Shown here in pieces: positions 52,897-62,542 of a stretch of DNA of 64,000 nucleotides. The first letter of the stretch is position 1. Every line of letters begins with the position of its first letter. The stretch lies in NCBI GenBank assembly GCA_041477065.1, contig JBGOUQ010000021.1:1060-65059 (forward strand). The letters are read 5' to 3'. A model generated the notes under the pieces. It saw only the letters and a program-made list of their open reading frames with translations. It did no database searches and was not told where the DNA came from. The position numbers were made by a program, and so were the translations under genes. This DNA comes from Gemmatimonadota bacterium. GTDB taxonomy: Bacteria > Gemmatimonadota > Gemmatimonadetes > Gemmatimonadales > GWC2-71-9.

Positions 52897-53633
52897 CCGC
52901 CGTCCAACAGCTGCCGTTCAACACGGGGGACACGCCGCTCCCCGATATCGTGATCCTGACGCACAACCTCACGCGGGATTACGACATGGGCGGCGAGGTG
53001 GTGCGCGCCCTGCGCGGCGTCGACGTCCAGATCAAGCGCAACGAATTCGTCGCCGTCATGGGGCCGTCGGGGTCCGGCAAGTCGACGCTCATGAACCTGA
53101 TCGGCTGCCTCGATACCCCCACCGAGGGCGAGTACTGGCTCAACAGCCAGAAGGTGAGCGACCTCTCGGACGACGAGCTGGCGCGGATCCGCAACAAGGA
53201 GATCGGGTTCGTGTTCCAAACGTTCAATCTCCTCCCGCGCGCGAGCGCCCTCCACAACGTGGAGCTGCCGCTCATCTATGCCGGCGAGGGGAGCAAGCCG
53301 CGCCGCGCGCACGCGGCCCGGGCGCTGGAGCGAGTCCAGCTCGCCGACCGCATGGACCACAAGCCCAATGAGCTGTCGGGCGGCCAGCGGCAGCGCGTGG
53401 CTATCGCGCGCGCGTTGGTGAACAACCCCAGCATTCTCCTCGCCGACGAGCCGACCGGCAATCTGGATTCGGCGACGGGCGAAGACATCATGAAGCTGTT
53501 CGATGAGCTGCACGACGCGGGACAGACCATCGTCCTCGTCACCCACGAGCCCGACATCGCGGCGCACGCTCGCCGCCAGATTCACCTGCGCGACGGCAAG
53601 ATCGAGCGCGACGAGAGGATGGTACGGAAGTGA
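52893..53633 (+). CDS. ABC transporter ATP-binding protein (MacB/LolD-type)
   Basis: This is the tail of track ORF 51612..53633, from GTG 52893 (GTGA overlap). Motifs are [35 protein letters not shown] and VTHE. Confidence 0.92.
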   Translation: MTAVQQLPFNTGDTPLPDIVILTHNLTRDYDMGGEVVRALRGVDVQIKRNEFVAVMGPSGSGKSTLMNLIGCLDTPTEGEYWLNSQKVSDLSDDELARIRNKEIGFVFQTFNLLPRASALHNVELPLIYAGEGSKPRRAHAARALERVQLADRMDHKPNELSGGQRQRVAIARALVNNPSILLADEPTGNLDSATGEDIMKLFDELHDAGQTIVLVTHEPDIAAHARRQIHLRDGKIERDERMVRK

Positions 53634-55171
53634 AGCGACTCCTGATCGCGGCGGCCTGCTCGATGGGCCTGGCCGCCTGCAAGAAAGCCCAACCCGCCGT
53701 GCTCTACGAGAAGGTCCCCGTGGAGCGGCGCGACATCGTCGTCACGGCCTCGGCCTCGGGCACGATCCAGCCGATCCTGACCGTCCAGGTGAAGTCCCAG
53801 GCCTCGGGCGCGATTACCGAGATGCGCGTGCAGACGGGGGACGACGTCCGCCCGGGCCAGCTGCTCGCGCGGATCGACCCGCGCCTGCCCAAGAGCGGCC
53901 TCGACCAGGCGAAGGCGAACCTGGAAGTGGCCAAGGCCCAGTACGACAACGCCGCCACCCAGCTGGCGCGTTCGGATACGCTCTTCAAGGCGCAGGCGAT
54001 CACCGAGACCGAGCACGAGACCGCGAAAGTCACCTTCGCGCAGGCCAAGGCCGCTCTCGTGAACGCCCAGTCGAACCTCAGCGACGCCCAGATCGCCTAC
54101 GATCAGACCCGCGTGACGGCGCCGCTGGCCGGCACAATCATCCAGAAGCAGGTCGAGCTGGGCACCGTGATCTCGAGTCCCACGCGCGACGTGGGCGGGG
54201 GCACCGTGCTCTTCCAGATGGCGAGCCTCGACACCGTCCAGGTGCAGTCGATGGTGGACGAGACGGACATCGGGAAGGTGCAGCCCGGCCTCCCGGTGAC
54301 CATCACCGTGGACGCCTACCCCAACCGTCCCTTCCAGGGGCAGGTGCTGAAGATCGAGCCGCAGGCGACCGTGCAGCAGAACGTCACGATGTTCCCCGTG
54401 CTGGTCAACATCGCCAACCCCCAGCATCTGTTGAAGCCGGGGATGAACGCCGAGGTGGAGATTCACGTGGGGCAGCGCCAGGGCGTGCTGGCGATCCCCA
54501 ACTCCGCGCTGCGCACGCAGCGCGACGTGGGCTCCGCGGCCATGGTGCTCGGACTCGACCCGAATGACGTCCAGCAGCAGCTCGCCGCCGCGGCGCAGCC
54601 TGCCCCGCGGGTCGGCGGCGACACCGCCGCGCGCACCGGTGTCTCGCTGGGCCAGGCCCCCGGCGCCGCCGCGCGGCCCGGCGCCTCGCGCGACAGCACC
54701 AAGCCCGCGGCGAACACCATGACGCTCCCCGACGGCCGGCAGATCCCGCTCCCGGCCGGGGTCACCGAGGCGCAAGTGCGCGCGGTGATGCAAAAGCGCA
54801 TGAGCGGCGGCGAAGTGACGCCCGCTGAGCAGGCGATGCTGCGGCAGGTATTCGCCCAGTTCGGGGGCGGCCGCGGCGGGCAGGGCGGCGGCGGGATGCG
54901 CCGCAACAACGGGTTCGGCGGGAACTTCATCGTGTTCGTCCTGCGCAACGGCAAGCCGACGCCGGTGAACGTCCGGACCGGCCTGACCGACCTCGACTAC
55001 ATCGAGGTCGTGACCGGTCTGGTGGAAAAAGACACCGTCCTCCTACTGCCCAGTGCCTCCCTGGTGCAGTCGCAGCAGGACTTCAAGAACCGCTTCCAGA
55101 ACATGACCGGGGGCGGCCTGCCCGGCCTGCGGCAGCAGACCGGCGGCGCCGGCGGGACGCCGAGGAACTAG
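53630..55171 (+). CDS. Periplasmic adaptor (MacA/HlyD-family membrane fusion protein) with a ~130-aa low-complexity insertion
   Basis: ORF track, 513 aa, GTG start (GTGA overlap). The lipobox is SMGLAAC. It has lipoyl and hairpin regions, plus an insertion containing [22 protein letters not shown]. Confidence 0.88.
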   Translation: MKRLLIAAACSMGLAACKKAQPAVLYEKVPVERRDIVVTASASGTIQPILTVQVKSQASGAITEMRVQTGDDVRPGQLLARIDPRLPKSGLDQAKANLEVAKAQYDNAATQLARSDTLFKAQAITETEHETAKVTFAQAKAALVNAQSNLSDAQIAYDQTRVTAPLAGTIIQKQVELGTVISSPTRDVGGGTVLFQMASLDTVQVQSMVDETDIGKVQPGLPVTITVDAYPNRPFQGQVLKIEPQATVQQNVTMFPVLVNIANPQHLLKPGMNAEVEIHVGQRQGVLAIPNSALRTQRDVGSAAMVLGLDPNDVQQQLAAAAQPAPRVGGDTAARTGVSLGQAPGAAARPGASRDSTKPAANTMTLPDGRQIPLPAGVTEAQVRAVMQKRMSGGEVTPAEQAMLRQVFAQFGGGRGGQGGGGMRRNNGFGGNFIVFVLRNGKPTPVNVRTGLTDLDYIEVVTGLVEKDTVLLLPSASLVQSQQDFKNRFQNMTGGGLPGLRQQTGGAGGTPRN

Positions 55172-55175
55172 CCCC

Positions 55176-56390
55176 ATGCTGCTCGGCGAGATCATTCAGG
55201 TCGCGCTGCAGGCGATCCGGGCCAACAAGCTCCGGTCGCTGCTCACGACCCTGGGCATCATCATCGGCGTCGGGGCCGTGATCACGATGATCGCGCTCGG
55301 CTCGGGCGCCCAGAAGTCCGTGCAGGACCGCATCCAGGCCCTCGGCCCGACGCTCTTGTCCATCTTCCCGGGCCAGAACTTCCGCGGCGGCGTCGCGATC
55401 ATGGGCGCCGTCAGCATCACCATGGACGACGATACCGCGCTCGCGCAGAACGCGCGCTACATGGCCGCCGTGTTGCCGGAGCTGTCCCGCAACGTGCAGG
55501 TGAAGAAGGGCAACCAGAACATCAACGTGAGCGTCGTCGGCACCACGTCCAACTACGTGCCGGTGCGCAGCTACACGATCACCGCGGGACGCATGTACAC
55601 CCCCGGCGAGGACGAGGCGCGGAGGCGCTACGCGGTCCTCGGCTCGGCGGTCCCGGACATGTTCAACGTGAACCCCGCGGCGATGGTGGGGCAGGAAATC
55701 CAGATCCGGGGCATTCCCTTCGAAGTCATCGGTGTGCTGAGCCAGAAGGGATCGCAAGGGTCGTTCAACAACCCGGACGAGCAGATTCTCATCCCGTTGC
55801 AGACCGCCCGCTATCGGATGTTCGGCCCCGATCGCCTGCGCTCGATCACCGTCAAGGTCCAGGATCTCGACCACATGAACCTGGCCATGATCGAGATCGA
55901 GCGGGTGCTGCGCCGCATGCACCACATCCGCCCAGGGGGCGACAACGACTTCCAGATCCGCAACCAGACCGACATCCTGGCCACGTTCCAGCAGACCACC
56001 GAGACGTTCAAGTACCTGCTCGGCGGCGTCGCCGCCGTCAGCCTCCTCGTGGGCGGGATCGGCATCATGAACATCATGCTGGTGTCGGTCACCGAGCGGA
56101 CCCGGGAGATCGGCATCCGCAAGGCGTTAGGCGCGACCCGCTTCAACATCATGTTCCAGTTTCTGGTCGAGGCGCTGGTCCTGTGCCTCGCCGGCGGCAT
56201 GATGGGCGTGGCGTGCGGCTCGCTCGGCGCGGTGGTGCTGTCCAAGCTGTTCCACTGGAACACGCTGATCTCGCCGCTCGCGATCATGCTCGCGTTCGTC
56301 TTCAGCGCGATGGTCGGCCTGTTCTTCGGCATCTGGCCCGCCCAGCGGGCCGCGCAACTCGATCCGATCGTGGCGCTGCGGTACGAATAG
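55176..56390 (+). CDS. ABC transporter permease (MacB periplasmic core domain + FtsX)
   Basis: ORF track, 404 aa. Motifs are LRSLLTTLGIIIGVGAV and ERTREIGIRKALGA. Confidence 0.92.
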   Translation: MLLGEIIQVALQAIRANKLRSLLTTLGIIIGVGAVITMIALGSGAQKSVQDRIQALGPTLLSIFPGQNFRGGVAIMGAVSITMDDDTALAQNARYMAAVLPELSRNVQVKKGNQNINVSVVGTTSNYVPVRSYTITAGRMYTPGEDEARRRYAVLGSAVPDMFNVNPAAMVGQEIQIRGIPFEVIGVLSQKGSQGSFNNPDEQILIPLQTARYRMFGPDRLRSITVKVQDLDHMNLAMIEIERVLRRMHHIRPGGDNDFQIRNQTDILATFQQTTETFKYLLGGVAAVSLLVGGIGIMNIMLVSVTERTREIGIRKALGATRFNIMFQFLVEALVLCLAGGMMGVACGSLGAVVLSKLFHWNTLISPLAIMLAFVFSAMVGLFFGIWPAQRAAQLDPIVALRYE

Positions 56391-56397
56391 TCCGTTT

Positions 56398-56425
56398 CCC
56401 ACCCCACACCGGTGGGGGGGGTGGG
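56398..56425 (+). terminator. GC hairpin after the permease gene (CCCCAC-accg-GTGGGG, or CCCACCCC/GGGGTGGG); no U-tract
   Basis: Read directly, starting 8 nt after stop 56388-56390. It lacks a T-run, so intrinsic termination is uncertain. Confidence 0.3.
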
Positions 56426-56432
56426 GGGGGGG
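56414..56432. repeat. G8-T-G10 tract in the intergenic region
   Basis: Counted directly in the sequence. Confidence 0.95.
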
Positions 56433-56534
56433 AGTGGCACCTGACGTTTCGTAGGGCGGTCACGTCACGTTGATAGTCCCACTCGTCCCGGGAGAGTACC
56501 ACTCCCCACTCCCCACCCTGTAGTTTTCTAGCTC

Positions 56535-58850
56535 ATGCTCCCAATCCTCCTCCTGCTGCTGCAGGCAGCCGGCGATGGCTCCGGCGCCGTGTACGACGGC
56601 CGGGCGCGCCAGCTGGACGTCCACCCGCCTCGTCGCGAAGCTGTGGTCACCATCGACGGAGCGCTCGACGAGCCGGTCTGGCGCGAGGCCGCACGCCTGG
56701 GCGGCTTCTCCCAGTACCGCCCCGTGGACGGCCGCCCCGCAGTCGACACGACGGTGGTACTGGTGTGGTACGCGCCCGACGCGATCTACTTCGGGATCCG
56801 CGCGTTTGAAGCCCATGGCCCCGTGGTGCGTGCCACGCTCGCCGACCGCGACAACATCGGCACCGACGACTACGTCCAGATCCTGCTCGACACGTACAAC
56901 GACCACCGCCGCGCCTTGCTCTTCGCCGTGAACCCGCTGGGCGTGCAGCAGGACGGCGTGCGCAGCGAGGGTCAGGACGCCGGCGCGGCCGGAGGCGGCG
57001 TCGGCACCGGCCGCTTCGACGGCATCGTGGACCTGAGCCCCGACTTCGTCTACCAGTCCCGCGGGCGCGTCACCCCGTGGGGCTACGAGGTCGAGGTCCG
57101 CATCCCGTTCAAGAGCCTCCGTTACCAGAGCGCCGACCCCCAGGACTGGGGTCTGCAGATCGCCCGCGTCACGCAGCACACCGGCTACGAGGACAACTGG
57201 GCGCCGACCGTGCGGGCCAGCGCCAGCTACCTGATCCAGGCCGGCCATCTGCGGGACCTCACCGGCCTGCACCGCGGTCTGGTAATGGACCTCAACCCGG
57301 AATTCACGACGAAAGTCACGGGGACCCCCCGGACCGCCGACTACCTCTACCAGGGGGAGCCCGAGCTGGGCGGCAACCTCCGCTGGGGGCTGTCGCAGAA
57401 CTTGAACCTCACCGCCACCGCCCACCCCGACTTTTCGCAAGTCGAAGCCGACGTCGGGCAAGTGACGGTGAACCAGCGCTTCGCACTCTTCTTCCCGGAG
57501 AAGCGGCCGTTTTTCCTCGAGGGGCTGGAACAGTTCGACACCCCCAACCGCTTGATCTACACGCGCGAGATCGTCTCTCCCATCGCGGGCGCGAAGCTGA
57601 CCGGCAAGTTGGGCGGCACCAACGTCGCCTACCTCACGGCGGTGGACGATCGCGAGCAGTCGGCCACCGGTACCGACCATCCGTTCTACAACATGCTACG
57701 GCTGCAAAAGGACCTCGGCGCCAGCTCCACGATCGGCATGGCGTACACCGACCGCATCGACGGGGGCGACTACAATCGGGTGCTCGGGGCGGACGCGCGG
57801 ATCATCTGGAAGCACATCTGGTTTTCACAGGCCCAGATCGTCGGCACCTGGACCCGGGACGGCGGCGGCGCGCGGGCAGGCCAGCTGTGGGATGTCACGC
57901 TGTACGACCGTACCGGCCGCTCGTACGGGAACCATGCCGAGCTCATCGGCATCACCCCCGACTTCGTGGCGCGCAGCGGCTTCGTCAACCGCGTGGGGAT
58001 CGTCACGGGACGGTTCTTCAACCGATTCACGGTGTACGGCCGGCCGGGCGCGCCGGTGGAGCAGCTGAGCGCCTTCATCGGCGTCAGTCCGTTGTGGCGC
58101 TACGACGACTTCTCCCGGCTGCGGGGCGTGATCGAAGGCGGTTACTCGGTGTCATGGATTGCGAACCTGCGCGGCGGCTGGGGCGCCAACGTCGGCGTGT
58201 CGAACAACCTGCAGCGCTTCGACGCGGCGCCCTACACCTCCTATCAGGTCGACCGAGGCGTGGATACCATCCCGTTCGCCTTGCCGCACGGCCTCTACAA
58301 CCTCTGGGGCGCGAGCGGCGGGTTCAACACGCCCAACCGCGCCCTCGCCTTGGGGGCGAGTGCCGGGTACGGCGCCGCGCCGATCTTCGCGGAAGCGGCC
58401 GAGGGCCGCCAGCTCACCCTCACCGCGACCGCCAGCTGGCGACCGACGCCCTCGATCCGTATCGAGACGGACTGGGTCCATCAGCGGCTTACCCGCGCCC
58501 GGGACGGCACCCGCTTTTCCACCGCCAACATCCCGCGCCTCAAGCTCGAGTACCAGCTCACCCGGGCGATCTTCTTCCGGTACATCGGACAGTACTTCGC
58601 CCAAGACCAGGTGGCGCTCGAGGATCCCCGCACCGGACGGCCGCTGCTCGTAAGCGGCGCGGCGGCCGGGCCGAAGGTGACCAACGACTTCCGAAACGAC
58701 TTGCTGTTCTCCTACAAGCCGACCCCCGGGACGGTGTTCTTCTTCGGCTACGGCGCTTCGCTCGACGAGCCCGGCGCGTTCACGTTCCGCAACCTCCACC
58801 GGGTCGGGGACGGGTTCTTCCTCAAGGCCAGTTACTTGTTCCGGATGTAG
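56535..58850 (+). CDS. Large secreted/outer-membrane protein with N-terminal CBM9/DOMON-like domain (DUF5916-like)
   Basis: ORF track, 771 aa, with signal [40 protein letters not shown]...[30 protein letters not shown] matches my recollection of this family. The rest has a beta-rich alternating pattern. Confidence 0.7.
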   Translation: MLPILLLLLQAAGDGSGAVYDGRARQLDVHPPRREAVVTIDGALDEPVWREAARLGGFSQYRPVDGRPAVDTTVVLVWYAPDAIYFGIRAFEAHGPVVRATLADRDNIGTDDYVQILLDTYNDHRRALLFAVNPLGVQQDGVRSEGQDAGAAGGGVGTGRFDGIVDLSPDFVYQSRGRVTPWGYEVEVRIPFKSLRYQSADPQDWGLQIARVTQHTGYEDNWAPTVRASASYLIQAGHLRDLTGLHRGLVMDLNPEFTTKVTGTPRTADYLYQGEPELGGNLRWGLSQNLNLTATAHPDFSQVEADVGQVTVNQRFALFFPEKRPFFLEGLEQFDTPNRLIYTREIVSPIAGAKLTGKLGGTNVAYLTAVDDREQSATGTDHPFYNMLRLQKDLGASSTIGMAYTDRIDGGDYNRVLGADARIIWKHIWFSQAQIVGTWTRDGGGARAGQLWDVTLYDRTGRSYGNHAELIGITPDFVARSGFVNRVGIVTGRFFNRFTVYGRPGAPVEQLSAFIGVSPLWRYDDFSRLRGVIEGGYSVSWIANLRGGWGANVGVSNNLQRFDAAPYTSYQVDRGVDTIPFALPHGLYNLWGASGGFNTPNRALALGASAGYGAAPIFAEAAEGRQLTLTATASWRPTPSIRIETDWVHQRLTRARDGTRFSTANIPRLKLEYQLTRAIFFRYIGQYFAQDQVALEDPRTGRPLLVSGAAAGPKVTNDFRNDLLFSYKPTPGTVFFFGYGASLDEPGAFTFRNLHRVGDGFFLKASYLFRM

Positions 58851-58903
58851 GCAGGCACAGAGGCCTCTATGCCTCCACGCCCCTGTGCCTCTATGTTCTC
58901 TGC

Positions 58904-60523
58904 ATGCCCGCCCCGCCGTCAGTCGCCGACCAGCTCGCCCAGGAGCTGAGCGCCAAGCGCCGCCAATACATCCTCACCAACACCCGGGCCCGCTGGGGCT
59001 TCGTCGGGTTCGGCGTGGCGCTGTTGGTGGGGGTGCGGCTGCTCCACGTCGTCCCGCTCGCCTGGACGTTCATCCTCGGGTTCACCATCTGCTTCGCCGC
59101 CGTGAACTACACGATGTTCCGGATCGCGCGGGACACGGCGTTCCGCCCCTGGTACGCCCCCGTGAACGTGGGCGTCGGCAGCGCGATGATCTCCTCCATC
59201 CTCTTCGGCATCGGCCCGACGGGCCACTTGCTGTACGCCGCCTACCTCATCGCGCCGCTGCAGGCGGCGTTCTACCTCGGACCGCGGGAGGCGTGGGCGG
59301 CGCTGGCGATCAACCTGGGGGGCTTCGGGCTCGCCACGGTGGTGCGCGCCGGACAGGGCGACTGGAGCTGGACCGTGTTTTTCCAGGAGGCGCTGGTCCT
59401 CCTCTTCGCCTGCGTCGCGCTGGTGCCGATGCTGACGCGCATCGTCGCGCGCCTCCAGGCTTCCCGGGTCATTCTGGCGCAGGTCGAGCGCGGCGACCTC
59501 ACCGCGAAGCTCGCCGATCCCGAGCTCGACGAGCTTGGCCACCTCGGCGTGAGCCTCGACCGGACCACCGACGCCATCGCGGAAACCGTACGGCAGGTCC
59601 AGCACCAAGCGCAGGACCTGGCGGCGATGGCCCAGCAGCTCGCCGCGTCCGCTGAAGAGCTGCAGGCCGCCTCCCAGGAGATCTCCGCCACCACCGCGCA
59701 GCTCTCCGAGGGCACCGAGCGGCAGCGCCAGCTGATCGGCCACGGCCGTGCCGACACCGACGCCGCGGCCGGGATCGCGGTCATCCTGCACGGCCGCGCG
59801 CAGGAGGCCGAGCAGGAGATCGGCGCGATCGCCCAGCAGGCGCGGCGCCACGGCGGGGAGATCGCACGGGCGAGCGAGCTGCTGCGGACCCTCGTCGCAC
59901 ACATCGACCAGGTATCGGGGGCGGCCGCCACGCTGGAGCTGGGCTCCAAGGAGGTGGGCAAGCTGGTGGAGAGCATCACCCGCATCGCGAGCCAGACCGA
60001 CCTCCTGGCGTTGAACGCCGCCATCGAGGCGGCGCGGGCCGGCCAGCACGGCCTGGGCTTTCGCGTAGTCGCGGGCGAGGTCCGCAAGCTCGCCGAGCAG
60101 AGCACGCGCGCCGCGGCGGAGATCCAGGCCCGGGTGAAGCAGACGCAGGACCAGATCGCCGGCGTGGTCGCCGCGATGCAGGAGAGCCGGTCCACCGCCC
60201 AGGGCGTGGGGTCCGTCTCGGCGGCGGTGCACCAGGCGCTCGAAGCCATTTTCGCCGACTTGAACCGCGCCGTGCAGTTCGCCACGGCGTTCGCATCGGA
60301 GACGGAGGGGCAGTCGAAGCGGATGCGGGAGGTGGTGCGGCGGATGGAGGAAGTGGCGGCGATCGCCGAGGCGGCGGCGCACGGGGCGCAGCAGACCTCG
60401 GCCGCCACCCAGGAGCAGATCGCCTCGCTCGGAGAGCTCACCGCCACGTCCCAGCATCTGTCGGTCGCGGCGGCGAAGCTCACCGAGACGATTCAGCGGT
60501 TCAACGTGAACGGCACGCGTTGA
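58904..60523 (+). CDS. Methyl-accepting chemotaxis protein with multi-TM N-terminal region, HAMP and MA domains
   Basis: This is the tail of track ORF 57077..60523, from ATG 58904. The highly conserved signalling hairpin reads [40 protein letters not shown]. Confidence 0.9.
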   Translation: MPAPPSVADQLAQELSAKRRQYILTNTRARWGFVGFGVALLVGVRLLHVVPLAWTFILGFTICFAAVNYTMFRIARDTAFRPWYAPVNVGVGSAMISSILFGIGPTGHLLYAAYLIAPLQAAFYLGPREAWAALAINLGGFGLATVVRAGQGDWSWTVFFQEALVLLFACVALVPMLTRIVARLQASRVILAQVERGDLTAKLADPELDELGHLGVSLDRTTDAIAETVRQVQHQAQDLAAMAQQLAASAEELQAASQEISATTAQLSEGTERQRQLIGHGRADTDAAAGIAVILHGRAQEAEQEIGAIAQQARRHGGEIARASELLRTLVAHIDQVSGAAATLELGSKEVGKLVESITRIASQTDLLALNAAIEAARAGQHGLGFRVVAGEVRKLAEQSTRAAAEIQARVKQTQDQIAGVVAAMQESRSTAQGVGSVSAAVHQALEAIFADLNRAVQFATAFASETEGQSKRMREVVRRMEEVAAIAEAAAHGAQQTSAATQEQIASLGELTATSQHLSVAAAKLTETIQRFNVNGTR

Positions 60524-60564
60524 TACGCCGGCCCGCCGGACGCCTCACACCCAGGAGGGTGGGA

Positions 60565-61344
60565 ATGGCTCGGTTCGTGCTGCTCGCCTTGCTCTGCGGC
60601 GCGGCGACGGCGTTGTTGCCCGCCCGCGCGTGCGGGCAGGACAACTTCGAGATCCAGGTGTACGGCGCCGACCTCATTCCACCGGGACGCACGATGTTCG
60701 AGCTGCACAGCAACTTCACGGCGACCGGCCGCCGCGCGATCGCGGACGGGGTGTTACCGAGCAACCATGCATTCCACGAGACCATCGAGGTGACGCACGG
60801 CTTCACGCCATGGCTCGAAGTCGGGTGGTACCTGTTCACAAGCGTCCAAGGCGTCGGTGGCGGCTGGAACTGGGTTGGTAATCACCTCCGGCCGCGGGTC
60901 CGGGCTCCGGAGAGCTGGCATTGGCCCGTAGGAGCCAGCCTGTCGTTCGAATTCGGCTACCAGCGGCGGACGTTTTCGACTGACACCTGGTCGCTGGAGA
61001 TCCGGCCGATCATCGACCGCCGCTGGGGCCCGTTTTACGCGTCCATCAACCCCACGCTCGAGCGGGCCCTCAAGGGCAACGGCACGGCGCGGGGGTTCGA
61101 GTTCGCGCCGAACGCCGGGATCACCTACGCTATCACGCCGGTAATCACCGCGGCGCTGGAGTACTACGGCGCCGTCGGCCCGTTGTCGGGGTTCGACCCG
61201 TTGAGCCAGCAGGAGCACCAGCTATTTCCCGCCCTCAACCTCGATCTGTCGCCCAATTTCGAATTCAACTTCGGCGTGGGGATCGGCATGACCCGCGCGA
61301 CGGACCACGTCGTAGTCAAGATGATCACGGGGTATCGGTTCTAA
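60565..61344 (+). CDS. Putative outer-membrane beta-barrel protein
   Basis: The track ORF 60520..61344 is trimmed to ATG 60565, which is preceded by AGGAGGGTGGGA. The signal is MARFVLLALLCGAATALLPARA. The sequence has an alternating beta pattern and the C-terminus ...ITGYRF ends in an aromatic residue. Confidence 0.65.
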   Translation: MARFVLLALLCGAATALLPARACGQDNFEIQVYGADLIPPGRTMFELHSNFTATGRRAIADGVLPSNHAFHETIEVTHGFTPWLEVGWYLFTSVQGVGGGWNWVGNHLRPRVRAPESWHWPVGASLSFEFGYQRRTFSTDTWSLEIRPIIDRRWGPFYASINPTLERALKGNGTARGFEFAPNAGITYAITPVITAALEYYGAVGPLSGFDPLSQQEHQLFPALNLDLSPNFEFNFGVGIGMTRATDHVVVKMITGYRF

Positions 61345-62542
61345 TACTCCGAGCGAGCGACGCGGCGGCCGAATACACCCGCGCATTCCCTAGCACCACC
61401 CGCGTTCCGCCGTCCGCCCTCCCCACCCGGAACCGCAGCCGTTTCGCCCCGCGCACATCGAGCACGATGCGCTGCGGCGGCGATCCCGCCGCTGCGGTGA
61501 ACGACCCCAGCGGCTTGCCGTCCGCCTCGACCCGCAGCTCGGCGCTCCCGCTCGTTCCCCGCTCCACGCCCAGGTCGAACGCCAGCGTCGTGCCGCCGAC
61601 CGCGTATATCGCCTCCGCGCCGGCGCCGTCCAGGACGATCGCCCACGGGTAGCCCGTGCCCTGGCCCCGGCCGTCCACCCACACGAGGCTGTCCCCCGCT
61701 TCCAAGCGCGCACGCCGCCAACGCACCGCCGACCGCGCTTCCGCCGCGGCCAGGATCGCGTACGCCGGCGCGGTGTCGCCGCTGAAGAAATCCAGGCTCC
61801 GCAGATGGACGATCTCGAAGTCCAACAGCTTTTCCTTCTCCCACCACCAGTGGCACTGCATGATCGTGTAGGCGGTGGAGTCGGCGCAGCGGAACCCCTT
61901 CATGAACGCCTCCGGGTGCGGCAGCCCCCAGGTGTGCCCCAGCTCGTGCGCCACCGTCCCGCGGTAGGTCGAGCCCGAGCACCACCACGCGGTCGCGGTC
62001 GTGCTGTCCGCCTTACCGTGAGAAGTTTCCGGGCACACGCCGGCAAACACGCCGGCCACGCTCGAGTCCCCGATCACGGCGAGCCCGCCCCAATTCCCCT
62101 TGTCGACGTGGCCGGCCTGGCTCACGCTGTCGATGCCGCCGTTCTCGGAGTCCGACCCCGCCCAGGCGCCGGCACCGTGCGTGAGAAACAGCAGCTTGAA
62201 CTTCGAGCGCCGGTTCCACGGCCAGCCGTACCCGGCGAACTCCTCCTGGAGCAGCGGCCACCACGCCTGGAAGTTGTCGGCCGAGAGCTCGGCGAAGGTG
62301 TGGCGGCTCATCTGGACCACGAGCGGCTCGTACACGAACGTGCGGCCGTCGAGCACTCGCCCGTACCACGCCCGCACGTCGGCGAGCACGTGAGCGTGGT
62401 ATTGGACGCCGCGATAGGGGAAGCTCGCGTCGCGCGGCACCAGGTAGACCGGCATGACGCGCGGCGGCTCCTGACTCCCGAGCGGAGCTCCCAAGAGCAT
62501 CGGCAACGCCAGCCGGAGGTGTTTTGCCACGTCGCGCAACAT
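61325..62542 (-). CDS. Metzincin-like zinc metallopeptidase candidate (HELGHTWGLPH) with C-terminal beta-rich domain
   Basis: ORF track, 405 aa. ATG 62542 lies directly after the upstream stop (TGAATG). The motif HExxHxxGxxH is present. The family is otherwise unrecognised. Confidence 0.65.
   Translation of the reverse strand: MLRDVAKHLRLALPMLLGAPLGSQEPPRVMPVYLVPRDASFPYRGVQYHAHVLADVRAWYGRVLDGRTFVYEPLVVQMSRHTFAELSADNFQAWWPLLQEEFAGYGWPWNRRSKFKLLFLTHGAGAWAGSDSENGGIDSVSQAGHVDKGNWGGLAVIGDSSVAGVFAGVCPETSHGKADSTTATAWWCSGSTYRGTVAHELGHTWGLPHPEAFMKGFRCADSTAYTIMQCHWWWEKEKLLDFEIVHLRSLDFFSGDTAPAYAILAAAEARSAVRWRRARLEAGDSLVWVDGRGQGTGYPWAIVLDGAGAEAIYAVGGTTLAFDLGVERGTSGSAELRVEADGKPLGSFTAAAGSPPQRIVLDVRGAKRLRFRVGRADGGTRVVLGNARVYSAAASLARSIRTDTP

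Noticed and set aside
56471-56500. A possible sigma-70 promoter (TTGATA-N17-AGAGTA) upstream of the DUF5916-like gene.
   Set aside because: The -10 candidate matches the consensus poorly in every register I tried, so it is not reported as a feature.
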